52,340 nucleotides of DNA, taken from NCBI RefSeq assembly GCF_001194135.2, contig NC_068988.1, positions 34,949,442-35,001,781 of the forward strand, written 5' to 3'. Below, one piece after another: positions 23,561 through 36,400 of this stretch. The translations under genes were made by a program, and so were the position numbers. A model generated the notes under the pieces. It searched no databases. It saw nothing but the letters and a program-made list of their open reading frames with translations, and was not told where the DNA came from. Positions within the stretch are counted from its first letter, which is position 1, and each line of letters opens with the position of its first letter. Source of the stretch: Octopus bimaculoides. Taxonomy: Eukaryota.

Positions 23561-24699
23561 TTGCAAAGTATTTTGTCTAATACTGTAACAACTCTGCCAT
23601 CAGATGTTGAAGGTTGTACACAACTTACACTGGAGACAACTTGTTGCTTTAGCCTCACTGTTTCTTGTCCAGTGATGCTTTATTGCCATTACTAAGCTCA
23701 CATTACACATCAAAGCAGCACATCTTGTCCCTATTTCTGTATGTTCTCACAATACCCCTTACTCTTCTGAATGTCGCATTGAATTCCTCATTCTAACTCA
23801 ATGTTGATGTTCTCTCTGATTGATTTAGTGTACAGGCAACACTGTCCAATAACAGTATCCTACCTCATTGATGTTATACCTCATTGATTCTACCAGTGTT
23901 CTACCTCATTGATTTAAGAGACTGATAACGATAATTGAAATCCTTTTGTGTTCTCTGTGGGTATTACAGTATGTGGAATTGTTCGACAAGTGGGAGATTG
24001 AACTTGTGTCACTGACTTCCTTTTCTGCAGGAATTTAACCACCTATGTATGTTTACACACCTGTCTTCGTTTTTTGTTTTGATTTTTTTTGTAAATTCCA
24101 ACTATGTATGTTATGATCCTCACTAGATACACATTATTTTATACACATACACACGCACATGTATTTTTTTTTACTGGCTTCAGTCATTTGACTGTAGCCA
24201 TGCAGGTGTTTCGGATTTAGTGGCTTTTAGCCAGTCATACCAACCTTAGTACTTAGTTCACGCAGGTATTTTTTCTATTGTTCTATATTGTACCACTTGG
24301 CTAAGTTGACATTTTTTGACACGGTATCAGTTTTGTTTTATTAATTCATGGTATTAGATAATACACATAAACACAGATGAACAGACACACACACATATGC
24401 ATACACATATATATCGACATAAAATACGTGTTTCAGAACAGATTTTGTTGACAAATCTCACTGACTAGATACTAGTAAAGCTGATGCTGCAGTAGAAAAA
24501 ATTTATATTAAGTACTGCATAATGAGATTAAAGCAAAAAGAGTAATAGATGGTAGTATAAGGAAGAGAATGGGACAGTAGATGGAGACTTACCAGGAACA
24601 GAATGTTGGGAGAGGCCAATATGTAGATGCTATACATCTCAACCTCCATCATCATTTTAATGTCCTTGTACCACACTTGCATGGCTGGCTGGCTGGCTG

Positions 24700-25010
24700 G
24701 CTGGCTTTTCCCCAATACTGCTTCTCAACTCAGACCTTACTCGTCCTTTCCATGAGATTCAGTCACTCAACATCAGATTTCACCATTTCTTCTCATGCCT
24801 TTCATATTTGCAAGATCCTCCCACTATACTTACTTGGTTCTTCTTTATTTAACTATATCATTCCTCTGTATGTATCACATGTCTACCGACTCGGTCCTCT
24901 CTCTTGCACTCTTCACTTTATCCCTTTTGTACAAAGATCTCTTTTTCAGCACGTTTGTGCTCCAATGATCAAGTACACTAACATTACATACTATATGAAA
25001 TGGGCTTGCC
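24700..25010 (-). mobile_element. Decayed RTE LINE 3' ORF fragment
   Basis: Minus strand reads VCNVSVLDHWSTNVLKK (cf. MCNASVHTRQSVSTLRE in the copy at 35270) and EEMVKSDVE*LNL. Confidence 0.65.
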
Positions 25011-25566
25011 TCATTATATATGTGTGTGTGTGTATACACATACATACATACATACACACAAACACACACACAGATAGACACACATATATAAACATCATCA
25101 TAGTAGTCATTTTTCCATGCTGGTATGGAAGAAATCTTATTAGGGCAGTTTATATTTTTTATTGGTGGATATTCTCCCTGGTGCCTAGCATAGCTTGCTT
25201 TCCAAGTAATGTATTGTTTTGCAATCCACCAGTCCTCATTCATCTAGTGAATTGCAGAACACTCATCTATTGAACTGCAGAATAATTGTTGATGAAACAA
25301 AGTAAACGTCCTTTTCTTTCACTCAAATGGGACGAATGACAACATACAGAATTGACACTTCCATATATGTACTCTCTCTCAATCTCTCTCTGTCTCTCTC
25401 AAACACACACATGCATGTATAATAAACATCCTTAGAGTTTCCATCTACAAGTTCCACTCTACACTCACCTGAAATTCCACTCAGTAGAGGAGAACCTAAA
25501 AAGTATCTGGTTATAAAGTGGAATTTGTAACTGCACAGTGAAGTCTGCTCTTAGTCACTACATTAA

Positions 25567-25597
<31 letters not shown>

Positions 25598-26444
25598 ATA
25601 TATATATAAATAAAACAAAATGTTTATGTGAAAAAATCTGCCACTTGTCTAAAATGCTGTATATACTACTATATGTGATTAATATCAGTTGATAAATATT
25701 TAAATACACCCTACTACTTATCTCTTCATTTATCAATATCTATAATTGTATTGTATATTGCGAACTGAAGGACAGGAATGCGACATGTTTCAATGTGACA
25801 TTTCATGAAACTGAAATAGCTATATTTTCAAACCCCAAATGCTTAAATATTTATGTATATTTGAGTGGTATACTCTTAAATGCCCAATACATTTGAAAAT
25901 TATTAAAAATGTAAATGAATTTATATATGTGTGTGTGCGCACGCACGTTTGTATATGCATGTGTATTTGTATGCGTATGTATATACACATTTATGAGCAT
26001 GTGTTTATATATGTGTATGTGTGTGTGTGTGTATTTGTATGTATATATATATATGTGTGTATAATCTATATATGTATGTGTGTGTGTGATGGAGTTGCTG
26101 GGTGTGTATATATACATATTATTTTAGTCTTGCCATTAGATTTGTCGTTTTTTTTCCTAAATTCCTGTTCTGAAAGCATTTTAAAACTAATATGATAAAT
26201 ATCATTCATGATAATAATGACTTCTAAAATAGACAATAAAAATACAGAAAATTGTTAGTGCATCAGACAAAATGCTTAGCTGCATTTCTTCTGACTTTAT
26301 GTTCTGAGTTAAAATGATGTTGAGGCTCAGTTAAGTATAATAGCAGTCAAATACTGGGGTTAATATACTCAACCAGCCCCTTTACTTCTAGAAAATTGCT
26401 AGACTTTTACCAAAATTTGAAACCATAATCGTCATCGTTGCTGT

Positions 26445-26515
26445 TATTATTATTATCACTACTACTACTACTACTACTACTCCTACTACTACTACTACTA
26501 CTCCTACTACTACTC
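26445..26515. repeat. (ATT)/(ACT)n microsatellite
   Basis: Direct. It follows the tail of a + strand family A SINE at about 26270-26425. Confidence 0.92.
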
Positions 26516-27457
26516 ATTTTTCTGCTTTTGGACCTGCTACTTTTTGCTGTTTTGACCTCTGCTCTTGTTTGCTACTCCCCTTTTCCTTTTGTTTTTCTTC
26601 TTGTTGCAAATAGAAATTCTTCAATTGGTTTTTACTATTACACATGTAGCAACTGGGTTTCTGCTCTGTAGAAACAGTCTGACAGAACTTCTTACCACAC
26701 TCTCAATGAGTTACAATTCTGGGATAGCACTGCTGCCATTAAGGGTCATGGGGACCTAGCATCCATATCGACACAATCTAACTCTAACCATATGTTGTTG
26801 TAGGTCTCTTTGCACATCACATGGCTATTTTCTCATGCAAATGTGACAGCATCTGTAGGAATATCTCTAACTGTGGTCATCATATAAGTAACACGTAGAC
26901 AGCTGTGATTATAGGCTATGGGTAGGTCTGCAGTGCACCAGCTTTGCCTAACTCCTTGCTTCATGTTCTGCCTGAAAGGTCTGGTACATGCTTCAATTAC
27001 AGGAGTACACATCCAGTTGTGCACTGATACAGATCTCTTTCTAACTCTTCTTTTACTGGCCTATGCAGCCTCACCCTTGATGATTGAAAAACATCTTTCT
27101 TATTCATCATCATTAACATCATCATTTAATGGTGTTTACCTTGCATGCTGGCATGGCCATTCGTTTTTACCTGCTTTTGTTTCTCTTGAGCTGACTCAAG
27201 TTGAGTTTGTTACTTCTTGTGGTACACTACATTAACAAAATTTGAAATGTTGTTGATGATGGTAATATTTCCATTCTCCATATTGACTTGAAATCACATA
27301 TTGGATAATATGATATGGTTGAAACTATACTAAATATTACCCATAATAAATAAATAGAAAACTAAGTATATAAAGACAATGATCATGGCTGGAATGTCTT
27401 TATTGATGGGTGTAAAATGTCGGCCAACATGAGGGTTAAATTAGATAACAACAATAG

Positions 27458-27615
27458 GCACAGGTGTAGTCATGTGATAAGAAATTTACTTCTCAGTCAC
27501 ATAATTCTGGTTTCAGCCCTTAGGCAAATGTCTTTTACTTTAGTGTTAGGCTGACCAAAGCTTTGTGCATGGATTTGATGGATGGAGACTGAAAAGAGCC
27601 TGTTGTATATGTGTA
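27458..27615 (+). mobile_element. SINE family B, 5' half
   Basis: 'ggcacaggtgtagtcatgtgataag...ggcaaatgtcttttact...gaccaaagctttgtg..tggatttg...ggagactgaaaagagcc'. Confidence 0.75.
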
Positions 27616-28524
27616 TGTGTTACTGTTTCCTTGCTTATACATCATATGATAGTTGTAAATGAATGTAACTGTTGCACTTGCAGTGCCCTTTGTTTCTGAT
27701 CTCCCATGAAACCATGATAGATACGGAGAGCATTACTTTACTAGGAAGCAGGTGAGGGCTGGTAACAGGAGGGGCATCTGGCCATAGAAAAATCTGCCCC
27801 TACAAATTTTGTCTGACCTACCCAAGCATAGAAAAGTGGTCAATAAATGGTGGTGATGATGACGAATATCAAGCAAGAACTCTGAAATATCCAATTCTTT
27901 ATAAATCTAATGTAAAGCCAGTGAAAAGAAATATCTTCGGAATGAAAGAATGAAAACTGATGCTTATTTCTTTCAAATACATTCTCTAATTATTCATTCT
28001 TTCTATGTTGAAGTGAAATAAAAAAAAAGTACAAAATACAAAAGTAGAGTTAGAGAGAAAGAAAAAAATAGGAGAATATTTGTAAGCTCATAGCTTTACA
28101 AAAGAAAATATTCAAGATATCTAATTTCATAGAATAAAATTCATTATGCATAACCTAGTTTCTTTTTAGTAATTTTTATGGTCAGATATGATGACAGAGG
28201 AACTTATTTTTTATTCACAACAAATCACTCACAAAAGAACGCAAAAGGTGTTATAGTTGTAAACATACACATACACCACATATCACTTACTTGGGCACCC
28301 ACACCCATGCAAATATTCTTAAATACTCTCAAATTTGCCTTTACACACACTCACCACATAAGCTTACATGCAGAACCACGCAGACACACAAATAAAGAAG
28401 TTCAAATATGCAAAAATGATTGAAAACCATTCATTTACATACTTCTGTGGCTTTGTGTATGTGTTTTCATACATTTTTTACAACAACAATAATAATAATA
28501 ATAATAATGATAATAATGATTTCT

Positions 28525-29050
28525 GATTTAAGCACAATGCCAACAGTTTTGAACAAGGGAGATGGGCAAGTCAATTACATTGGTCCCCAGTACTTGACTG
28601 ATACTTTATTTCATAGCTCCTAAAAGGACGAAAAGTAAAGTTGACGTCTGTGGAATTTGAACTCAGAATTTAAAGAACTGGAAGCAGTGCTGCTATGCAT
28701 TTTGAGTAATGTGCTAACTAATCTGCCAGTTGGCAATTTAGGCCAAGATGACGAAATTAGTTGATACCATTATTCCCAATACCTGATTGGTACAGTATTG
28801 TATTGATTTCAAATGAATGAAAGTCAAAGATTATCTCTGCTGGATTTGGGCCTCCATCATGAAGAGCCAAAAGAAATACCAGAAGGCATTTTATCCAAAG
28901 TTCATCACCTTAAGATTAATAATATTGTTTATAATGTAGCCATCAGGCCAGAAATTTAGGGAGGGATCAATTAAATCAGGCCTCACTTCACTGGTACTTA
29001 GACTATTGAAGAATGAAAGGCGTAGTCAACTTCAGCGGCATTCAAACTCA
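28525..29050 (-). mobile_element. Three tandem SINE family A copies/fragments
   Basis: Repeated 'tggtact/..tttatt..', 'aaagt..aagttgac' and 'gaatttgaactcaga' blocks at about 28525, 28750 and 28945. Confidence 0.72.
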
Positions 29051-30196
29051 TATAAATTATAGGTACCTACATATATAAATATCCCTTTGTATTAAGTACT
29101 ATTATTTCATATTTCTACATGAAAAAACACTCACACAAATGCATGCTTACACACTGCAAATAAGCCAGTACCAATATTTCAAGTCACATGACTTTCTTTA
29201 AGAGCAAGTATTTCCCTGAAAAGAGCACGAGACTTGAAATGTTGATAACATCTCGGAGAATATATCAAAACTATAAAATTATATTTTACATGTATTGAGT
29301 TACTCTATAACTGATTGGGTTTGTCTTTCAGTTGAGTTTCATACATGCATGCCAATGTACATCCATACACACACACATATCCACATGACCAGGTTATAAA
29401 TTCACATTTATACCAAAAATAATTGATGCACTTGGTTTTGTAAGTAAATGTCTAAGTGCAGTCTGGATAAGCTGTAATTTTCAAGGAAAGAAATCAACTG
29501 GCTAACACACACGTTACATATACATTCTGTGAGCAGAACAGTAAAAATATGTAAGACTTTTCTTAAGTTCAAAATGAGAATTTGTTTTTTTTTGTTATCT
29601 ACATTCCACTGATGGAGCTTGTGTCTTTGTTAGAAACCAGCTCCTTCCATACAGAAAGATTCCAAATAATTAAAAATAGGACACACACACACACTTACTC
29701 TTGCTATGCACTGATATATTTCTTCATCTATGTTCGTAGACACTACTCTTACACATGGTGGCTCCTTCCAGTAATTCCAAATTACAAATGGCAGCAGATG
29801 TGAATGTCATGCATGTGTGTTGTATTTGTATGTTTGTGAGAGAGAAAGAGGTTGTTGGTGAAAGCTCATTATTTTGATATATATATATATATATATATAT
29901 ATGTGTTTATTTATTTATGTCTCTTAATAATATATATATAATATTCATCTTTCATATTTATCTAGGTTACTGTCAATGTTATAAAGAGAGTAGGGTAGAA
30001 TTAGCCAACCACATAACTAACTGGCAATGTTTTGCCTTCTTTCAATTCAAACATCCACAACCTAAAAACATTGATGCCAGTCAGTGTTGGCATTAAGTAA
30101 TTAATCAGTTAATGAAAGAGTACAATTGTCATGAGGAGTGAAGACCCTTTCTCTTCTTGAGAGAACAAGGATTGTAGAGAAATGTTGCTGCTTTAA

Positions 30197-30404
30197 CTCT
30201 TTTGTATTCCGATTACTTTGTCAAATGTAATACTTATTCACATTTTTAAAATTAATCTTTCATTATCTCATAGCTTTGAGATGATGTGATTGTTTATATT
30301 TTAGAGTGACATTTAGGGTTGGTTTGAGAGATTGGATCTGGATGGTTTGGACACACAAGAGGTAGAATATTGAGACTAAATGTAGCTGGTTAACATGCTA
30401 GGGG
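30197..30404 (-). mobile_element. piggyBac-type MITE, subfamily 2 (degenerate)
   Basis: Reverse homologue of 42670-42870, with TTAA at 30193-30196 and 30405-30408. Confidence 0.75.
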
Positions 30405-30869
30405 TTAATATGATTTTAATATACTTTAAAAGAATAGTTAAAGTTACATTTATTACAAGGGACTGTTAAGAATAGGGGCCAGTGTTGTACTAGAAGGGAC
30501 ATTGTTTACATGTTAAGGTAGCTGTATGATACTTGGTTCCATTTGTTAGTTATACAACTTTTGAATGATTTAAAGGAATCAGTTGTCCTTTTCCTCCTCC
30601 TCCTTATCATCATCAGTGTTATCATTTTTATCGTCATCATAGTCATCATTGCTGCCATCCACATCATGGTCATCATTGTCATCATTATCATTATCATTAT
30701 AGTTGTTGTTGCCTTATCATCATTGATGTTACTGTCATTTTATCATCATTATTGTCATTATTATCTTAGTCATCATCATCATCATCATCACCATCTACTA
30801 TTGCCATAACCATGAAAGCCTGCTGGCATCAGGCATATTGGGTTAATATTATTCTAAGTTAGAGCACTT

Positions 30870-31005
30870 AATTTCTAACTGAGTAGACTGGAGCAACATG
30901 AAATGAAGTACCTTGCTCAAAGACACAGTGTGCTGGTTTGTCTATGAATCGAAACCACAAACTTATGATTGTGTATGTAACATCTTAACTCTAGGCCACA
31001 TATCT
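30870..31005 (-). mobile_element. SINE family C, 5' part
   Basis: 'gagtagactggagcaacatgaaatgaagtaccttgctcaaagacacag...gaatcgaaaccacaaacttatgattgtg...ctaggccacatatc', the reverse of the head at 40078. Similar fragments at about 31945-32050 and 48630-48770. Confidence 0.75.
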
Positions 31006-32792
31006 TCACAAATAAATACATACAAATATAAAAGTAATTAGATATAGCATGTATTCAAGACAGTAGTTAGTAGTTAGTAGAGGAAATGTTCACTGTTCAC
31101 ATTGTTTAGATCATCTATGATGTTTTTTAAAAGCTTCAGAATTATATACCAGTCAGATTTGAATCCTGCTTTTTTTTTTCATTTCAAATTTTTATTTTTA
31201 AATGCTTTATCTATATGTTCTTTTAAGCCCCAAGTCATATCCAAGTGAGCAGGTTTTTCATCAAGTTTCCCAACTGTCAATTGTTTTCATACAGAATGTA
31301 TTCCATAACCATCCCATTAAATTTTTTAATAGTGTACCCTTTTCTAAATTATCTAATGCATCTTTTTTTCATTCTTTTGATTGGTAGAGTATGGTTTGAG
31401 GAAGATTTGGCTCCTATTTCTAGCAGGTGAGGTATCCGTCTATATATATTTTCTGCTGGTATAGTCTAATTCTTCTACTTCATTTAAACCTGAACAACTG
31501 GTCTATGTGTGCGTGCGCATGTGTGTGTGCATATGTGTGTGTGCACGTGTGTGCATGCTCAAACAGAGTCCCTCTGTTGCAAGTATCCAGGCTCACAGAG
31601 TTCACCCCAACACTATACTAGCCAATGTGTTTGTGTTTCCTTCTTTTCCAAATCAGTAAGGTGTCATTTTAAAGGGATAGGGTCACTATTACTTGTAGAT
31701 TGAGCAACAGTGTATAGTTTTGTCACTTAGCTTGTGTCCTGTAAGCAGTTCTTTCACTTGCGAGTAAGGACAGTTTGATAATATACACCGTGCTTTCACC
31801 AATTGGTTTCAGTGCATATCTATATTTGTGAACAGATATATACAATGTTTGAACCCTTTCACTGTTGACCTAACAAGAACATCGTGTATGTGTTAGCTGG
31901 AATAAGAGAGAGTTGCAACAATACTTGACTGCTGTATATTTTAAGCCAAGCAGACTGGAGCAACATGAAACAAGTGTTTTGCTGAAGGATATAACATTCA
32001 ACCTTATGATTGTGAGTCCAACACTTTAACCACTCAGCTATTTGCCTTCAAAATTGAGAAAGTATGTACCCTTGGTATTTCAGAATTAATCTTGGTAATA
32101 TTCATATTTCCACTTTAGAAAGTGACTTTAGAAAGTGAGATTTTATGTTCCCAAAAGGAATTGCTTATTCAATTATTGAGATTGGATAGTAATTTAGTAG
32201 GAAAAATTAGAACATTGGGTGGAGTTTTGCTTTACAAATTTTAATTTTATCCCAGCCTTCATGTCCAAATACCATCAGGTTTGACATCAGGATTTTATGT
32301 GTCCAGCATCAATAAAATGAGTACCACATTCTATTATAATGTGGTTGATTTAATACACCACTCTCCTACCTAATTCTTGATTCTTATAGAAAAATTGATC
32401 TGGTGCCAAGTCTAAAGAAATCATTATGTATTTATTGAGACAATTCTTTTACAAAAGAATGATGGCCTTTCTCCAACTAAATGACAAGGAGATTCCTTGG
32501 CTGGAGTTTAGACAACATCAAACATTTATGTCCACGTGTATGTATGTGCATATGTATATATGGATGAATGGCTATATAAATAGATGAGCAGTGCTTATAA
32601 TACCCATGTTTCTTTGTACTACTGTTCATTGGAACATGTCCCATTCAGTTCTAATATGTTTGCTGTAACTGATGCTGCTGATGTATGCATTAATATGCCA
32701 TCATCAACATCAACATTCTATGATTATCAAACTATGCACCTTCACTCTACCAAGTGGGCTTTATCTTATGCGTGTGTGTGTGTGTGTGTGTG

Positions 32793-32844
<52 letters not shown>

Positions 32845-33104
32845 CAACAACATTGAAAGGACAGTTCTGAGTTTCTCAGTAAGCATGCTGTGAGATGCAT
32901 TTTGCATCAGCAGGCATGACATTTGTAGATGTATGTGCCATTATTTCGTAAGAACTTGATGACATTGATATTGCATGCTGCATATAAGTGCGTGATGAGC
33001 TAATGGTCCAGGGAATCCACATATACGACGTATTATATTGTTAATGGTTTGATATTTGTCTTGTCTTTAACTGTTTGTTTTCTTTTTTCTGTGATTGCTG
33101 TGAC

Positions 33105-33105
<1 letters not shown>

Positions 33106-33152
<47 letters not shown>
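33106..33152. repeat. (CA)n microsatellite
   Basis: Direct: pure AC/CA run. Confidence 0.97.
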
Positions 33153-33153
<1 letters not shown>

Positions 33154-33817
33154 CACATGTATATATGCACATAGCTACACATACAAACATATTTACACAA
33201 ATGCATACATACATGTTGTTGTAACTGATGTTGCGTGTGATATATATGTATTACTCTTAGTCTTTCACTGTTTCTAGCCAATGGAACTGGCCTTACTAAA
33301 CCTCTAAGATCAAGTATATATTTGCATAATGTAAACATTCTTTGTATATTGATATTTTTATAATGAAATTTATATCTTCCTTGTCCATGAAACCAGAGTA
33401 TGGATTGCATCCATTACCATACAGAGGATTGTACAAGGCCAATACTAAGGTAGAAAAGGGTCTCTAATGCCCACAGCAGAACAAAGGATTGATCTTGAAA
33501 GACGGATTTCAAAGGCCCCTCAGTACTTTGTAAACATTGCAATAAAAAAAGATAGTGATATCTGTACAAAAAAGCATGCAGTGAGACCTGCACATTGAGA
33601 TGTGCCGCTGTTGATTTGTGATTTTGTCAGAAAGAACATATTCGGCCGGAGTGCTACATAATCAGTTAGACCGAAACTCTAGTACTTGACTGGTGTTCTG
33701 TTTTTCAACCTTGCAAGAGTAAAAGACAAAGTCAAGACAAGCAGAATTTGAACTCAAGACATAAAATAGATGTAACTAACTAATACTGTAAAGCATTTTG
33801 TCTGGCATCGATATTCC

Positions 33818-34300
33818 ATCATCTTCATCATCATCACTTATATCTGTGTTTCATGCTGGCATGGGTTGCATGGTTTAACAGGAACTGGCAAATCAGAGGA
33901 TTATGTTGAATTCTACTGTTCGCTTCAGAATAGTCTCTACAACTAGATGCCTTCTGTTATGCCTACCACTTTACAGAGGGTACTGGGTATTTATTATATG
34001 CACCAGCACTGGTAAGGTTATCAAGTAACTTCCAAGACAAGACCCCCTCAACTGAGGTGGGTGTAAAACTGAGGGAGGTGTTTTAGTGCCAAGTGATGAG
34101 AGGTTAGGATAAAATATAGGTATGGAAACGGGTGTCTTGCAGTAGAGCAAGTTGCATGGCTACTCTAGTTTGAAAAACGAGAGAGAGAGAAGAAGGTGAA
34201 AATATGGGGCACACTGTCAAGTTTCAGGGAAGGGTCTATAAGTGCGGTGGTATAGTGGATTGGATTAAATTAGTGGGTATAAAATTTCTTGAAAGAGCAA
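33818..34300 (-). mobile_element. Family E variant (RTE 3' UTR-derived) with longer upstream part
   Basis: (CAT)n tail, 'tttcatgctggcatgggttg', 'ctacaactagatgccttctgttatgcctaccact', continuing into a different purine-rich upstream segment. Confidence 0.65.
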
Positions 34301-34762
34301 AAGGAAAGTGGAAGACTGTGATGAGTACATGTATAAACTGGGAATCAGTGGCAATGGCTGGCACATGCAGAATACCATTACTAATACGATTATGAATACA
34401 TTGTTGTTTAACCCTTGGCCATCCCAATTAAGCAAACCTATGAACAGTAGTGTTCCAGCTGTATTGTTGCATGGTCAAAGATCAACAGTTGATTGAATTC
34501 ATGGACGCTTCAGGGAGTGTGACAAAATATTAAGATTCTATATTCAATCCTGTCTCAAGCCTATGATGAAGAGCATGTGGAAATGCTACAATCCTGGATT
34601 GAACCTCATTCAAATGCTTGTTTTTCAACCAGTTTAGCTGTACTGATTGCACATAAACATTCTTATTCATATGTTTATGTGGTGATTACACATACACAAA
34701 CGTGTGTGTGTGTCTGTATATATACACATGCATGTGTGTACATATAGATATATGTATATGTG

Positions 34763-34801
<39 letters not shown>

Positions 34802-34817
34802 GTGTGTGTGTATATAT

Positions 34818-36120
34818 GGACGCATAAGAAGAAACTCCATAAGATGTACTCAGTGTAAGCTATGGATGCATAAGAGGTGCAGCAACATCAAAGGAAGGTT
34901 GACTGGGAAGATAGCTGTTGTGTGAGGCAGATGCACAGGGGCAATAAACACCACAGATGCTCAAAAAACTGATTCCATCACATGCCAGTGGGAGAAACTA
35001 GAAATAGTTGGTAGCTTCTGCTACCTATGTGACCAAATCTGTAGTGGGGGTGGATGCTCAGAGAGCATTGCCACTAGAATAAGAATAGCCTGGGCAAAGT
35101 TCAGAAAGCTCCTATCTCAACTGGTGACAAAGTGCCTCTCGCTCAGAGTGAAATGTAGATTGTATGTTGCATGTGTGCGAACTGCTATGCTACACAGCAG
35201 TGAAACATGGTCCATGACTGCTGAGAACATGCGTAGGCTCAAACAAAATAAAGTTAGTATGATCTGCTGGATGTGTAATGCCAGTGTGCACACACGACAG
35301 AGCGTAAGCACCCTGAGAGAAATGCATAAGAAACATCATATGTGGTGTGCAAGATAGAAGACTGCACTGGTATGGTCATGTGCTATGTATGGATGAGGAG
35401 AGCTGTGTGAAGAAGTGTCACTCCCTAACAGTGGAAGGAACCTGTGGGAGAAGGAGACCCAGGAAGACATGGGATGTGGTAGTGAAACATGACCTTTGAA
35501 CGTTGGGCTTCTCAGAGGCAATGACAAAAGACCGAGGCCTCTGGAGTTATGCTGTAATTGAGAAGACCTGGCAAGGAAAGTGAGATCACAGCCATAGCCT
35601 ATACCCGTGTCATATAACCAGCCCATTTAAAAAGTGCCTTTGAATCATCAGGTGACATGCCAGGCTTGAGGAGACCTATTGAGTCAAGAAAATCAAATCA
35701 AATCACAATCAAATGGAAATTGTAGTTGTGGATGATACCAGTGCTGGTGGCACACAATAAGCACCATTCATGCGTGGGTCACCTGATTGGCTCCCTGTGC
35801 CAGTGGTATGTAAAAAACACCATCCGGACATGGTTGATGCCTGCCCCCCTCACCCTAACTGGCACCTGTGCTGGTGGCACATAAAAAGCGCCATCTGAAC
35901 GTGGCTGATGCCAGTGCTGCCTGACTGGCTTCTGTGCTGGTGGCATGTAAAACGCACCCACTACACTCTCTGAGTAGTTGGCGTTAGGAAGGGCATCCAG
36001 CTGTAGAAAGATTGCCAGATCAGATTGGAGCCTGGTGTGGCCTCCTGGTTTGCCAGTCACCAGTCAAATCGTCCAACCCATGGAAAACGGATGTTAAATG
36101 ATGACAATGATGATGATGAT
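34818..36120 (+). mobile_element. RTE-X LINE, 5'-truncated: C-terminal ORF2 plus complete ~540-nt 3' UTR with (GAT)n tail
   Basis: The translation gives NSIRCTQCKLWMHKRCSNIKGRL (Cys/His finger), LEIVGSFCYL.D, RIRIAWAKFRKL, LRVK.RLY.ACVRTAMLHSSETW, RLHWYGHV and G.RRRPRKTW. A stop lies at about 35581-35583. The UTR follows with tandem subunits and ends '...ggaaaacggatgttaaatgatgacaatgatgatgat'. It contains stops and frameshifts. Confidence 0.9.
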
Positions 36121-36196
36121 ACATACATAGATGTATATATATGCATATATATATATATATATATATATATTTGCTACTTTTTAATAAAGTATGCAT

Positions 36197-36232
<36 letters not shown>

Positions 36233-36250
36233 CTGAATGTGCATGTGTAA

Positions 36251-36295
36251 NNNNNNNNNNNNNNNNNNNNNNNNNNNNNNNNNNNNNNNNNNNNN
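36251..36295. other. Assembly gap (45 N) with duplicated flanks
   Basis: N run. An ~80-bp block occurs on both sides (36171-36250 and 36339-36418). Confidence 0.97.
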
Positions 36296-36341
<46 letters not shown>

Positions 36342-36364
36342 CTACTTTTTAATAAAGTATGCAT

Positions 36365-36400
<36 letters not shown>

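Noticed and set aside
24581-25273. 230-aa ORF, the longest in the track
   Set aside because: It is the antisense of a decayed RTE fragment joined to microsatellites and a family E variant, with no protein motif.
29699-29727. Minus-strand mini-exon reading DEEIYQCIAR with a GTAAGT donor (Ig-like D.G.YQC.A)
   Set aside because: The acceptor has no pyrimidine tract. The wider context (NY.G...TNIDEEI..IAR.S) fits the RTE/BovB 'IDEEI..RIA.AS' motif better.
32900-33050. Hairpin (gatgca-ttt-tgcatc) plus TGATGA as a C/D snoRNA or miRNA
   Set aside because: There is no box D with a terminal stem, and the hairpin is too short and bulged for a pre-miRNA.
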